DNA of 64,000 nucleotides from Mustelus asterias (GCF_964213995.1 NC_135808.1:35154001-35218000); one strand, 5' to 3'; positions 48,640 to 62,589 are shown, counted from the stretch's first letter. A program made the numbers and translations. Notes: a model not told the origin generated them from the sequence alone.

Positions 48640-51290
48640 TGGCAATCACTGGACCAGTAAGACAATGGATCTAGACTAATTCTTTGGCAACCTGGGTTCA
48701 AATAACCGCACAGCAGTTCGTAGAATTTAAGTTCAATTAATATTGTATATTTAAAAGCTAGTGTCAGTAATAGTGGCCATGAAACCATTGTTGATTGTCA
48801 TTGAAAGCCCATCTGGTTCGTTAATGCCCTTTTAGTGAGGAAATCTGCTGCCTGTACCTGGTCTGGCCTCCATGTGACTTCAGATCCACAGCAATGTTGC
48901 TAACTCTTAAATGCCTTCAAAATGGCCTAGCAAGCTACTCGGTTATATCCAACAATGACAGAGCCACAAAGCAATGAAACCAGATGGAGCACTTGGCATC
49001 AACCTAGGTACTGGAAACAATAATGGCAAACCCAGCTCTGTTGACTCAGCAAAGTCCCCCTTACTAAGATCTGAGAACTTGTGCCAAAATTGGGAGAGCT
49101 GTCCAACAAAGAAATCAAGCAACAACTTAACATAATCAAACACAAGGAATCTTCCCCTGCAGACAATGTCCCACAGACCGTCTTCATCCTTATTACATAC
49201 GTCCTGTCCCACCAGCAGGAACAGTGGTATACTCTAGGAGTCCTCAACATTGACTCTGAACTTATTAAGTTTCATGGCATCAAATAAATCATGGGTAAGG
49301 AAACTTGCTGGCTACAGCCTGCTGCAATGACCATTCTTGCCCCCCTCCCCCACTTCACCCACACCTCTCAGCTTATCCATAAAATCCGTAGAATCCCTAC
49401 AGTGCAGGAAGACATTCAGCCCATTGAGTTTGCACTGACTCTCTGAAAGGGCATCTTACCTGGGTCCACCCGCCTGCCCTATCCCCATTACCCCACACAT
49501 TTACAATGGCTACTCCACCAAACCCACACATTTATTTGGACACAAAGGGGAAATTTGGCAAGGCCAATCCATCTGGCCTGCACATGTTTGGACTTTTTTT
49601 TTAAGTTTAAAATTTATTTATTAGTATCACAAATAGGCTTACATTTACACTGTAATGAAGTTGCTGTGAAAATCCCCTAGTCGTCACACTCTGGCGTCTG
49701 TTCGGGTACACTGAGGGAGAATTTAGCATGGCTAATGCACCTAATCTGCATGTTTTTCGGACTGTAGGAGGAAACCGGAGCACCCGGAGGAAAAAAACAC
49801 AGAAACGGGGAGAATGTGCAAACTCCACGCAGTCATCCAAGGTTGGAATTGAACCCAGGTCCCTGGTGCTGTGAGGCAGCCGTGCTAACCACTGTGCCAC
49901 TGTGAACATCAATTGACCTATTGAAGGATGCACTGATGATAAGGGCATAGAATGTACTCTAGGTTGGGGCTTCAATGTCCATCAGCAAGAGGGGGTTTGG
50001 TAGCACCATTGCTGACCGAGCTGGCTGAGTCCCAAAGGACTCATGGTGAATGGAAGGGGTGAATATTTAAGGAGCTGAGGGAGTGCCAATCAAGCAGCTC
50101 TCTCTGTCCTGGATGCTGTAAAGCTTCTTGACTGGTGTTTGAGCTGTATTCATCCAGGCATAGGGAGAGAATTCTATCACAAGGCTTGTGGATGGTGGAC
50201 AGATTTTGGAGAGTCAGGAGGCAAGCTACTCTCTACAGAATTCCCAGCCTCTGGCGAGTTCTTGTAGCTGCAGTATTTATCTGGCGAGTCCAGTTCAGTT
50301 TCTGGTCAATGGTAAGCACAAGGATGTTGATAGTTGGGAATTTTCAGCAATCCCACCACCAACAAATCAGATCAAAGTCTTGCCACATCCACTGTGAATG
50401 GTGGATGGCAATTAAACAACTAACTACAGAAGGAGGAGGCTCCATAAATATCCCCATTCTCAATGATGGAGGAGCCCAGCACATCAGCGCGAAATCATTT
50501 GCAAATATCTGGAGCCAGAAGTGCCGAGTGGATGATCCTTCTTGACCTCCTCCAGAGATCCCTAACATCACAGATGCCAGTCTTCAGTTAATTTGATTCA
50601 CACCCATGATATCAAGAAATGGCTGAAGGCACTGGACACTGCAAAGACTGTGAACTCTGACAAAATTCCAGTAATAGAACTGAAGATGTGTGCTGCAGAA
50701 ATGTTTTCCAAAATTTCAGTTTTGAGTTGTTGAATCTGTTTGAAATCTATCCCGTTTAGCACAGGATGGGGAGTATCTTCAGTGTAAAAATAGGAATTTG
50801 TTTCCACAAAGACTGTATAGTGATTACTACCAGTACTGAAGTGGACAATGCATTTGCGACAGGTAAATTGGTGAGGACGAGGTCATATACGTTTTTCCCT
50901 CCTGTTGGTTCCCCCGTCACCTACACACTGGTAGCAGTGTGTGTTTTGTGTACAAGATGCACTACAGGAACTCACCAAGGCTATTTCTACAGCGCTCTCC
51001 AAACCCGCAACCTTTACCATCTAGAAGGGCAGGCACAGCAGATGCTTTCCAACACCATCACCTGGAAGTTCCCCTCCATGTCACTCCCCTTCCTGACTTG
51101 GAACTACAACCGGTGCTCCCTCACTGTCGCTGGGCCAAAATCCATAAAACTTATTCCCTAACACCACTTTGAGTGTAGCAACACCTCATGGACTGCACCA
51201 TTTCCAAAATACAGCTTACCATCACCTTCTCGAGGGCAATTGGGGATGGGCAATAAATGGGTTTAGATTCAGATACGTCCTCATCCTGTG
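48640..51290. mobile_element. Mosaic of SINE and rearranged LINE fragments in the intron of ZNF D
   Basis: Pieces in both orientations homologous to the LINE at 58600-60800; HE1-like pieces at ~49380-49900. Confidence 0.6.
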
Positions 51291-51841
51291 GAAATACAAA
51301 TAAACAAAATGAGGAGTCAATCCCTTCAGCAACGGAGGAGAGGACGTTGGAGGAAATCATGTTTCCTTTTCTTGTTTTACAGAAGAATTGCACTGTGCCA
51401 CACCAGAGAATACAGAGAGGATAGATCTTGACCATCACCCAAGGAACAACAGTACAACTGTGGGAACACATCCAGTTCCTTCACAGCATTGCTCAACACA
51501 GAGAAGATTAGGCAGTGAAACCATCATCGGGAAATAGGTCGGGTCAGGGGAGCGTTGACATATCATCAGACTTGAAACTGGCCAGTGGTGTGGAACCTTC
51601 CATCAGAACCAACCTTTCCGAAGGTTCGGCTGTGGGTTATTGGTCAGGGTGAGGCTGGGAAGAAGCGTGAATGGGCTCTAAGTGTAGTGAGATCTTCAAT
51701 TGTTAATTGAGCTTCATGAATCACTGACTCATTCCTACAGGTGAGAGGCTGTTCAAGTGTCAGGTGTGTTCCACAGGCTCATAAGATGTCATAGCACAGA
51801 AAGTGCATCACTTGTTCTACCTGCAACACAAGGACAACTAC

Positions 51842-52609
51842 ATGGAAGATAAACCATTCAAGTGTGAGGTGTGTGATCGAGCTTTCGCACATCCATCAAC
51901 ATTTGAGAATCATCAACGCAGTCATACTGGGGAGAAGCCATTCGAATGTGCAGTGTGTAATAAGGGCTTTTCACAGTTGTCAGGCCTGGTGAATCACCGA
52001 CGAATTCACACTGGGGAGAAGCCGTTCAAGTGTGACATGTGCAACAAATCCTTCTCTCAATCATCAGCCATTGACGTCCACCGACGCAGTCACACTGGGG
52101 AGAAACCATTCGCGTGTGAGGTGTGTGAGAATTCATTCCCGTCATCATCAACTCTCCGTAGACATCAACGCATTCACACTGGGGAGAAACCATTCACGTG
52201 TGAGGTGTGTGACAAATCATTCTCACGGTCATCAACTCTCCTCAGACACCAACGCATTCATACAGGGGAGAAACCATTCACGTGCGAGGTGTGTGACAAA
52301 TCATTCTCATCACATTCAGATCTCCACAAACATGAACGCATTCACACAGGAGAGAAACCATTCAAGTGTGAGACATGCTACAAATCATTCTCGCAGTCAG
52401 CACATCTCCGGCAGCATCAGAGGATTCACACAGGGGATAAACCATTCACGTGTGAGTTGTGCAATGAAACATTCTCAGCTTCATCGACATTCTGCAAACA
52501 CCAACGCATTCACACAGGAGAGAAACCTTTCAGATGTGAGGTGTGTAACAAATCATTCTCGATGTCATCCAACCTCCTTCGCCATCAGAGGCTACACACA
52601 GTGGAGTAA
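51842..52609 (+). CDS. Tandem C2H2 zinc-finger protein D, 9 fingers, no effector domain
   Basis: MEDK start, 9 fingers, ends HTVE*; acceptor ttttacag| at 51382/51383. Confidence 0.92.
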   Translation: MEDKPFKCEVCDRAFAHPSTFENHQRSHTGEKPFECAVCNKGFSQLSGLVNHRRIHTGEKPFKCDMCNKSFSQSSAIDVHRRSHTGEKPFACEVCENSFPSSSTLRRHQRIHTGEKPFTCEVCDKSFSRSSTLLRHQRIHTGEKPFTCEVCDKSFSSHSDLHKHERIHTGEKPFKCETCYKSFSQSAHLRQHQRIHTGDKPFTCELCNETFSASSTFCKHQRIHTGEKPFRCEVCNKSFSMSSNLLRHQRLHTVE

Positions 52610-52829
52610 CCATTTAAATGTGAGATTTGTGATAACACATCTGTGATGCCGTCAACTCTCTTGGTACATCAGAGATATGCAGGAAAAATACTCTTTAGGT
52701 GCAATGTTCATGTTACAGTTGTCACCAAGTCCTCTGATTTTCTAATCCACCAGTGGATTCTCACTGGTGAGAAATTAGTCAGATGCGAATTCTGTAATAA
52801 GTTTTCATGTAATTGTTGAACCCACATGG

Positions 52830-53930
52830 GACTCCCTAACCAAGTTCCTGTCAATTTGTTAGATTCAGAGTGTGAATCTTCACACAAGCTCACTGCAAAG
52901 GATGTTCAGTGTTATTGGGGCACAGAACAAGAAGCAGCTTTCACTCACATCAAACAACTAGTGATGACAACGCCAGTGCTGAGGTACTATGATGTCGATG
53001 ATGAAGTCATCCTGCAGTGAGATGCCAGTGAAACAGGACTTGGAGCAATCCTCATGCAGCCAAGACAACCAGTTGTGTTTGTGTCCAGAGCATTAACACA
53101 AACTAATCAATGGCACCATGTACAAGGGACTGTGGTTATTATCCCTAAAGAGATGAGAAAGGAAATGCTGAAGCAGATCCACATAAAACATCAAGGAATC
53201 AAGACTACTGGCCTATGAGGTGTGTGAAAATCATTATTGGAGATATTAGAACTCCACAGACATCAATGCATCTTCTGGTGGCCAAACATGAGCAATGAGA
53301 TTAAAGACCATATCAACCAGTGCAGTGCTTGCAATGAACATCAAACTAAGCAAGAGAAAGAGCTGCTCATGACTTATGACATCCCAGAAAGACGCTGGAT
53401 AAAGATTGGAGTAGACCTCTTCACTTTCACTGGAATTGATTATCTTGTCACAGATACTGGGAGTTAGAGCAGCTGATGTCAATGATGACTAGTGAAATTG
53501 TAGAACACCTGGAAGCATACTTCAGTCATCATGACATTCTTGACATTATGACAAGTGACAGTGGGCCTCAATTCATGAGTGAAGAATTCAGGCACTTGAC
53601 AAGTGATTGGGAAATTCAGCACCATGCATCATCTCCACACTATGCCCAGTCAAATGGAAAGACTGAGGCAGTAGTGAAAATTGTCAAAAATATCATCAAA
53701 AAATCAACTAGATCCAGCACAGATGTGTACAAGGTGAAGTGGAGAAACACAGCTACTGAAGACATAGGAAGTTTTCAAGTCCAAATATCTGCACCCAGAC
53801 CACTCATTCAACAGCTAAAATTACTGAGGCCAGAAGTAGTAACAGGAGTGAGTAATGAGACCAAAGTGAAACGACAGAAAGACAAATTTCACTTTGTCAA
53901 AGCTGCCATGTCATTGCAAGAGCTTTAAAG
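52830..53930 (+). mobile_element. Gypsy pol relic (RT-RNase H linker and integrase), related to 12110-13450
   Basis: WGTEQEAAF..TTPVLRYYD..DAS, PERRWIKIGVDLF, SDSGPQF and YAQSNGKTE motifs. Confidence 0.85.
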
Positions 53931-54867
53931 ATTATGTCTGCAATGTGTAGGGAGTGGGGAAATTGGAACAGACTAGAAAGAACAAACAGTTTGTTATTGG
54001 TGTGATGATTTTCTTTATGGAGTATGACTGTGGACTGATGTGTAAATGACAGTGCATGGATTTTGTTTTTCTTTTCATGACTTGGAAAGTGACACTGTGA
54101 CTCGCAGGTTAGGGCAGTGAGTTGGGGAGTGATTTCTTCACACTCATTGGCAAATCTCATTGCTGGTTTGTCACACACCTCCTGATTTCACTCCCCTCGC
54201 CTGACACTGTGTCCCTTTCCAGGATTTGGAGGCAACAACATGTACCAGGATTTTGGGAAGGAAAGGGAGGTTGGAGATGGCACGAAAGTTTGCAAGGTCG
54301 GGGAGGTCAAGGGTTCAGAGAGGGAATGTAAGAGGAGAGGGATGGAAGTAGAGAGAGAAGGAGACTGAGAAGAAGTGGAGTGATTGGGTGGAAAAGGAGG
54401 CCTCAGGGTGAGAGAGCGAGACAGAGAGAGGATCTGACAAACAAACAGCAGTGCTCACTTTCACAATTACAGTTTATTTATGTATGTGATTTCCCAATTC
54501 TGTTTGTATTAAGAACCCTTTATTTTTTCTTCTAAATCTCTCCTCCTGGGCCTGGATTTCCAGTTCACAACAAATAGTAAAAAACGTAAATCCTTTCCAG
54601 TGGCTTTCTTCCTCTTTAATATTTGTTTAATAAATTGTGAATGACATTTAGAGATGTCTGGGGTAGTGGGTGAAGGAATGTTGTGGGAGAATTCCAGTTT
54701 TTATTGTTCCCCTTGGGTTTTTCTGTAACTGTTTCTGTTATTGGAGTCTCTGTCTGTAGACAAGCTTTATTGACTGTCGTTGTTTGTGAGTTTTCTTATT
54801 TAAATAAAAAGTTTTTCTTTATTCATTCGTGGGACATGAGCATCACTGGCTGGCCAGCATTTACTAT

Positions 54868-54992
54868 GATGTGGAGATGCCGGCATTGGACTAGGGTAAA
54901 CAAAGTAAGAAGTCTCACAACACCAGGTTAAAGTCCAACAGGTTTAGTTGGTAGCACGAGCCACAAGCTTTCAGAGCGCTGCCCCTTCATCA
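54868..54992 (-). mobile_element. Penelope-type terminal fragment with a truncated hammerhead
   Basis: gtggagatgccggcattggact..gtaagaagtctcacaacaccagg; core lacks the first C of CUGANGA. Confidence 0.6.
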
Positions 54993-56871
54993 TCCTTCCC
55001 TAAAGGACATTTGATGTGCAGAAAATGTTGGGAGTCCGATTCCAGTCAATTCAGGCCCTGAGTTTAATTCAATATCAGCCACCAGCCACTGGATGAAGAC
55101 GATGGGGGTGGTGGGTGAATCTGAATGAAGGAATGCATTTTAATGCACTGGTCTATGACTTCCCTCTTGCGGTTTCCATTCTGTGTCAAACTTCCTCGTT
55201 GCTTATAGTGAGACTAAATTCAAGTGAAGTCACCCCACAGCACAATCTCCCATGCAGAGCTCAAATAAGGATCATGACACATGGATGTTGATCTCGAAGT
55301 TTAATTGGTGTTTCATTGCTACTGCTTTAAATCGCTGCAGTCCCTAATGGCACACTCACAGTGCCATTAGGAAGAGAGTTCCAGGATTTTGATCGAGCGA
55401 CGGTGAAGGAACGGTGATATATTTCCAAGTCAAGATGGTGAGTGGCTTGGAGGGGCACTTGCAGGTGGTGGTGTTCCCATGCGTCTGCTGCCCTTGTCTT
55501 TCTAGATGGTCATGGGTTTGGAAGATCCTGCCAAAGGAGCCTTGGTGAGTTGCTGTAGTGCATCTTGTCAATGGTGCACCCTACTGCTACCGTGCAATGG
55601 TGGTGGAAGAAGTGAATGTTTAAGGTGTTGGAGGGAGTGTTGATCAAACGGGCTGCTTTACGCAGTGGTTACTCTCGTATTAAGAGGCTAACATTCAATC
55701 TGAAAATCCCAGTGCTCTAGTTACAAATTGAGTAATATTTGGCAACCTAACACAGATGGAGCTGAAATCCATTGAGTTTACCCAAGCTGATGTGACTACA
55801 TCAGTAAAGTAATTCTTGCAGTGATCATGCTGGAAATGTGGGTGGGATGGCGGGGCCCATCACTTCAGAATGTTTTCTATCATGTACAGAGACACTGGGG
55901 AATCTCCAAAGAGGATGAGAATATGAAATAATCCTGATGCATGTCACATTGGAAGGATTTGTTTCCCGTGTGAGTTATGGAGCAGCAGATGGTAAGTGCT
56001 AGGCTGCCGAAATCCCAAAAGGAAACTTAGAACAAGCTGCTACAATGGTTTGCAATTTGTATATTATGAGGAGTTATCTGAAGTCAAGATAAGTAAATTC
56101 CAGACCACATGATGATTTTAAATTTGAATTTAAACATTTAAAGACACAAGAAAACCTTTAGGCAGTTAACCATAATTTACAAACAATTCCAAAAAGATGT
56201 TGGATGAAATAAACTCACCACCGCCCCACACCTCCTCAACTCCTTTTATGGCAGCTGTCCTTATAGAGTTTCTAATCTATAAAGCTCCAGTAACATTACC
56301 ACACAATGTCCTATTGCTCGAAGGGAAATCTCACATTGACTCTGCTCTCTGAGGATGTGGCAAAACTGGTGTTCATAGGTCTGATTTCAACACACACACA
56401 CACTGCCTTCTTCAAGATCTCACAGTCACCCCACAACAGCCTTCAGTCTCAATTTCAATATGTTTTTCCCTCTGACTTTACATTATTGTTTTGACAATTG
56501 TTTATAAGTTTCTCAGAATCAATCTTTCTTTATTACTTATTAGCTGCTCTCTGCAGAAGTAAACCTACAATTTTCTCTCACAAATTTACAATCTCTCAGT
56601 TGTATATGTTTCCTTTGAAATCTAACAGCCTACTTTAAAATCACTCACTCGTGAATTCCTGGTCAAGCTGCTTCCCTGGTCCCCTGTTCGTTACCATGAC
56701 AACTCTTCGTAGTTCTTATATCAATGTTTTGACCTTTGCAGTCCAATTGTCTCCTGTCTAATTAAACCAGTCACACCCACAAGCTTGTTTCTCAGAATAT
56801 GACCGTAGTATGGCAAAAAAATTGAGAATTATCAATTTCCTCACACATAGCTACTTTGATGTTCCAGGATG

Positions 56872-57892
56872 TCAGACAAGTGTTTGAAAGCTGAACGCTC
56901 TCTCCTGTGTGGGTTCACTGATATTCCACCAAGTCTGACGACTGTGTGAAGGCTTTGTTACAAAATTCCCAGTGGGGGCGCTTTCTCCTCCCGTGTGGGT
57001 CCTCTGGTGATCCAGGAGGTTTGAGGAGCGTGTGAAAGCTTCATCACACACCTTACATTGGAAGGGTTTCTCTCCTGTGTGGATCCTCTGGTGTTGCAGT
57101 AAGCTCGAGGGGTGTGTGAAAGTTTTCTGACAGACCTCACAGCTGAAGAGTTTCTCCCCTGTGTGGATCCTGTGATGGTGAAGGAGACTCGATGACTGGG
57201 TGAAAGCCTTGCCACAAATCTTGCACCTGAAGGGTTTCTCCCCTGTGTGGGTCCGCTGGTGGATCAGGAGGGTGGATGAGAGTGTGAAACCTTTAGCACA
57301 CACCTCACAGTGGAAAGGTTTCTCCCCTGTGTGAGCTCGCTGGTGGACGAGGAGTGTGGATGACTTTACGAAAGCTTTGTCACACACCTCACACTTGAAG
57401 GGTTTCTCCCCTGTGTGTGCCCGCTGATGTAGCAGGAGGGTCGAGGAATGTGCAAAGGCTTTGTCACAAATCTGGCAGTTGAACTTCCTGTCCCCTCGGT
57501 GAATGCACTGATGCTACAGGAATGTTGATTACTGTGTTGTCACACACCTCACTTCTGAAGGGCCTCTCCCCTATGTGAACACGCTGGTATTGTAAGAGAT
57601 TGGATAACTTTATTGCAAATATCAACGTGAAGGGTCTCTTCCCCCGTGTGAGTTCTCTGATGGTCCATGAGGGATGATGACTGAGAGAAACTTTTATCTC
57701 ACACCTTACATTTGAACAATTTCTCCCCTGTGTGAGTGAACTGGTGTTTCAGGAGGTACGATGATTGGACAAAGGTCTTCCCTTACACTTCACAGCTGAA
57801 TGGCTTCTCTGAGTGGGTGGGTTATGGTTTCACAGGGACTGGTGACTGTGCAGAGACTCCCTCAAATTACCCACAAACGATTTCTCTTCCAT
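56872..57892 (-). pseudogene. C2H2 zinc-finger gene C: 5' fingers decayed, about 5-6 intact 3' fingers
   Basis: gcagccacATG MEEK at 57892 stops after ~20 codons; frameshifted finger relics at 57480-57830; open fingers at 56990-57480; acceptor tttacag|aagaattg at 58383/58382. Confidence 0.75.
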
Positions 57893-58599
57893 GTGGCTGC
57901 CTTTGAGCTGCAGGATGCACAATATCCTCACTCGACTGTCGTCACTCTTGTCTATCTATGAGTGAGGAGCTCCAGAAAAGATCCTCATCACATTTCTACT
58001 AGTCAGGATTTGTGAATATTGCACAACTGTAATGAATCCTTAAAGCTCTCTTTACATTCAGAGCTGCCCTCACTCCCTCTCTTCATACTGAGAGCCGCCC
58101 TCGTGCTCTCTCTCCTCACCCTGAATGACCTTTTGTGGATGTTTCAATCTCCTGTACAACTCCTCCATCTGTTGCACTGACTGATATCCCATAGTCTAAC
58201 CTATGGAAGTGTTGTTAATGATTGGACACTGGTCAGTTTCATTAATCGTTGATTAAATTCTTACTGAGTGATTGGATCACTGGAACTGGTTTTTCTGGGG
58301 AGTTATCCCTTGGCTGATATTAGGATCTCCTCGGTTGACGAGGATCTGTAATCCCTGTTCTCTTTAATTCAGGACAATTCTTCTGTAAACAATAAAAGAA
58401 AATCCACAAGTTATTTTAACTCTTTGAATGTTTTGCCCCCTTACTAGGAGACAGCTTCACAGTGAGGGGCAGTAGGATAGAACCACGCCGTTCCTACTGA
58501 ATGCCTGCTCACTTTCTAACTTTTTACACAATAAACAACAACAACTTGCCTTTATATGGCACCTTGTCCCAAGGTAATATTAATGCAGATGACCCAAAG

Positions 58600-60800
58600 C
58601 TTGCTCAAAAAGACAGACATTAAGGAAAGTCTTACTGTAGTAATTGAGGAGAGCAGGAGGGCACATCAAGAACATCATCAGGCAGACCTAAAAATGAGAT
58701 GTCAACCAGGTGAAGCTATAACACTTGCTCGCCAAACAGCACAAGCAGTAGACAGAGCTCAGCGATTCCACAACCAACGGCTCGGATCTAAGCTCTGTAA
58801 CAATCGCTGGAGGAAGAGACTCCATAAATATCCCTATCCTCAATGATGGAGCAGCCCAGCACATCAGTGCAAAAGATAAGGCTGAAACATTCGCAACAGT
58901 CTTCAGCCAGAGGTGCTGAGCAGATGATCCATCTCTGCCTCCTCCAGAGGTCCCGAGCATCACAGGTGCCAGTCTTCAGCTAATTTGATTCATTCCATGT
59001 GATATCAAGAAACTGCTGAAGGCACTGGATACTGCAAAGGCTGTTGGCCCTGACAAAATTCCGGTAATAATACTCAAGACCTGTGCTCCAGAACTTGCTG
59101 CGCCCCAGCCAAGCTGTTCCAGTACAGTTACAACACTGTCATCTACCCAAGGCTGTAATGAGGTCAGGAGCTGAATGACCCTGGCAGAACCTAAACTGAG
59201 CGTCCGTGAGCAGGTTATTGCTGCCGCTTGCTAGCACTTTTGATGGCCCCTTCCATCACTTTACTGATAATCGAGAATAGACTGATGGGCTGGTAATTGG
59301 CCGGGTTGGATTTGTGGAAAATGTGGAAAATTTCTCAGCTATGTCCTGTATACAAGAAACAGAACAAATCCAACCCGGCAAATTACCAGCCCATCAGTCT
59401 ATTCTCGATTATCAGTAAAGTGATGGAAGGGGCCATCAATAGTGCTAGCAAGCGGCAGCAATAACCTGCTCACGGATGCTCAGTTTAGGTTCTGCCAGGG
59501 TCTTTCAGCTCCTGACCTCATTACAGCCTTGGTTCAAACATGGACAAAAGAGCTGAATACTAGCGGTGAGGGTGACTGCCATTGGCATCAAGGCAGCATT
59601 TGACTGAGTATGGCATCAAGGAACCCTAGCTAACTGGAGTCATTGGGAATCGGGGAAAATCCTCCACTGGTTGGAGTCATACTCGCACAAAGGAAGATGG
59701 TTGTGGTGATTAGAGATTAATCACCTCGGCTCCAGGAATTTACTAGGCCCAACCATCTTCAGCTGGTTCATCATTAAGTCAGAAGTGAGGATGTTCACTG
59801 ATTATCATTCACAACTTCTGAAATACTGAAGCAGTCCATTTTCAAATACAGCAAGACCCAGCCAATATCCAGGCTTGGGCTGCCAAGGGCAAGTAACATT
59901 CGTGCCACACAAGTGCCAAGCAATGGCCATCTCCAACAAGGCAGGATCTAACTATCGCCTTTGACATTCATGGCAGTACCATCACTGAATCCCCCACTAT
60001 CAACAAACTTCCTGGGGGTTACCATTGACCAGAAGCTGAACTAGACTAACCATATAAATATGTGACTACCAGAGCAGGTCAGAGGCTAGGAATCCTGCAG
60101 CAAGCAACTCACCTCCTGACTCCCCAATGCCTGTCCACTATCTACAAGGCACAATTCAGGAGTGTGCAGAAGGAGGCCATTCAGCCCATCGTGTCTGCAC
60201 CAACCCTCAAAAGAGCATTTTACCTAGACCCCGGCAGCACCTGGAAGAAACCCAGGCAGACACGAGGAGAACGTGCAAACTCCACAGACACAGTCACCCA
60301 AACCCAGAATCGAACCCGAGTCCCTGGCTGTGAGGCAGCAGTGCTAACCATATGCCTGGATGAGTGCAGATCCAGCAACAAACACTCATGAACACTGGAA
60401 AAATCAATCCGCTTCATTGCTACCCCTTCCACAAATGTTCAATCCCTGCTCCAGTGGCAGCTGTGTGTATCATCTACAAGATGCACTGCAGGAACTCTCC
60501 AAGGTTGCTTAGGCCACACCTTCCAAACCCACGATCCCTACCATTTGGAAGGGCAAGGGCAGCAGATACTTGGGACCATCACAAACTAGAGGTTCATCTC
60601 TAAGTCACTCACCATCTTGATTTGAAAATATATTGCCGTTCCTTCACTGTCACTGGATCAAAATCCAGAATCTCCCCTCTAACAGCATTGTGGGAGTACC
60701 TATACCTCAGGGACTACAGCGATTCAAGAAGCAGCTCACCACCACCTTCTCGAGGGGAACTAGGGATGGGCAATAAAAGCTGGTCTAGCCAGCAACACCC
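58600..60800 (+). mobile_element. Decayed LINE of a second CR1/L2-group family
   Basis: KAVGPDKIP..LKTCAPEL, NYQPISL, IKAAFD*VWH and RAGQRLGIL motifs; clade not resolvable by eye. Confidence 0.7.
59147..59532. repeat. Long inverted repeat (169-bp arms, 48-bp spacer)
   Basis: 59147-59315 is the near-perfect reverse complement of 59364-59532. Confidence 0.92.
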
Positions 60801-60851
60801 ATAATTGAAAATATATATTTTAAAAATTTGTTTCTGGACCAAACTTTACTC

Positions 60852-60909
60852 CACCTCAGATGGACTTGAACCCACAATCCTGGTTTAGGAGGCCAGTGCC
60901 TTATCCAAT
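60852..60909 (-). pseudogene. tRNA-Arg(CCT) relic, 5'-truncated
   Basis: Minus strand attggataaggcactggcCTCCTAAaccaggattgtgggttcaagtccatctgaggtg: D-loop, anticodon CCT and T-loop present; 5' acceptor strand missing. Confidence 0.75.
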
Positions 60910-61568
60910 CACCAAACCATCTGGGCTGTACAAGATGGTAAGGTGATTGGAACTTTGCCTCTGTCTCAATGTAATCGCTGCCAAATTTGATGCCATTTTG
61001 TGGGCCAGCCCTTTCTTTTCATCAACAACCAGATTGGTTCAATTCCAAACATTCCAGTAATGAACTGACAGGGTCAGGATTTGGTTTCTGCCTGTCAGTA
61101 ATTAATGCTGGAAAAGTATAGATTGTATGTGAGAAGCAATTGTATTTCCAGAAGTTTCCTTGCTGTCCTGACTTGAACTTTCAGTGATTTCCCAGCGCAG
61201 ATTCCCGGCCACTTCCTTGAACTCTCATCGTATCAATCACAGAGGAGACCATCTCTGATCACTTCCATGTATTACTCAGCACCCACACCCCCCTCCAACA
61301 TTCCAGCTGCACCTCCTTCTGTATCTGTCCCTGGAATAAACTATGCTCCAATTTACTAACAATTGCGCTCTCCAAATCCTTTGGGTCTCCATTCACCACA
61401 ACATTTCTGCAGCTACTGATTTAATCACTTTCAACTTCACCTCCACCTGAGATGTCTGAGTCTCCAATAAAACTATTCCTCTCTCTCACCCTGGCCCTTT
61501 GTCTGGGTACAGACATCACATGCACTGCTTTAAGACCAAGAGACGCAGCTTTCAAAGGTTCTTCTGGA

Positions 61569-61615
61569 CACCTGGTTTACCATCCACCTGGTTTACCATC
61601 CACCTGGTTTACCAT
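61569..61615 (+). repeat. 16-bp tandem repeat (cacctggtttaccatc), 3 copies
   Basis: Directly visible. Confidence 0.9.
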
Positions 61616-62589
61616 GCCAGTCGACATCCAGAGACAGTTTACACTGAGCTCGATTCTGTATCTAACCCATGCTGTACCTTCTCTGTGAGTGTTTGATGGA
61701 ACAGTGTCAATGTGAGGAAGTTATTCGAGCCCTATTTTAAATGTGGAGAAGTTATTCCTTCGACTTTCATATCCAAGTGTTTTTTAAATGTGATGAGGGT
61801 TTCTGCCTCTATCATCCTTTCAGACAGTGAGTTCCAGGCCCTCACCATTTTCTGGATGATAGAATTATTCTTCAACTAATCCTTCCATCAATGACTTTCA
61901 ATCTCTGCTCCCTGGTTATTGACCTCTCTGCTCAAGAAGATTGAAACAATCCCATCAGCTGCTTCTGCCACTTCCCTCTCATCCACTAGCCCGCCTGGAC
62001 AAACTTCCATTAATGCTCCCCGCCCCCAAGCCCTGAACTCTCATCTTTCTCTAGTTTCTCTCCTATCTCCTTTCATGTCCTTTCTAACCTACTCTTGTCC
62101 ATGAGACACACCTCGTGTTTCCTCGACCCTATTCTCACTGAACTGCTGATCATCCAACTGCCTCTCCCCCGCCCCCATGTTAACTGATATTGTTCGTGGT
62201 TTTCTCTCTCCAAACGCTGTCCTTCTCTCCTATAAATGTGCTGCTATTGCCCCTTTCCACCCTGTCCTTACAAACTACCTTACCATCTCAACCTCCCAAA
62301 TCTTTGGAATGGACATGGGGTCAGACAAGAGGTGAGGGACAAAAGGTGAGGTCTGCCAAGGAGTGACGGATGAAATCATGAACACAATCACAGAATCGAT
62401 CTTTTATTCTCTCTCTCCTGTGTCCCTCTCTCCTGTCCATGTGCTGATCCCACCACTGCACATCATCACTGCCTTGGATGCTGTGGATCTTCCTCTTCTG
62501 ATCTGCTGTCAAACACATCCGAGGCTACACATCCCACACTGATGTCAGTTTGAAAGCCTCCGAGGATGAAGGATGTTATTCCCACACTA

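Noticed and set aside
61569-61615. 16-bp x3 repeat with E-box-like cacctg
   Set aside because: Short slippage-type duplication with no other sign of function
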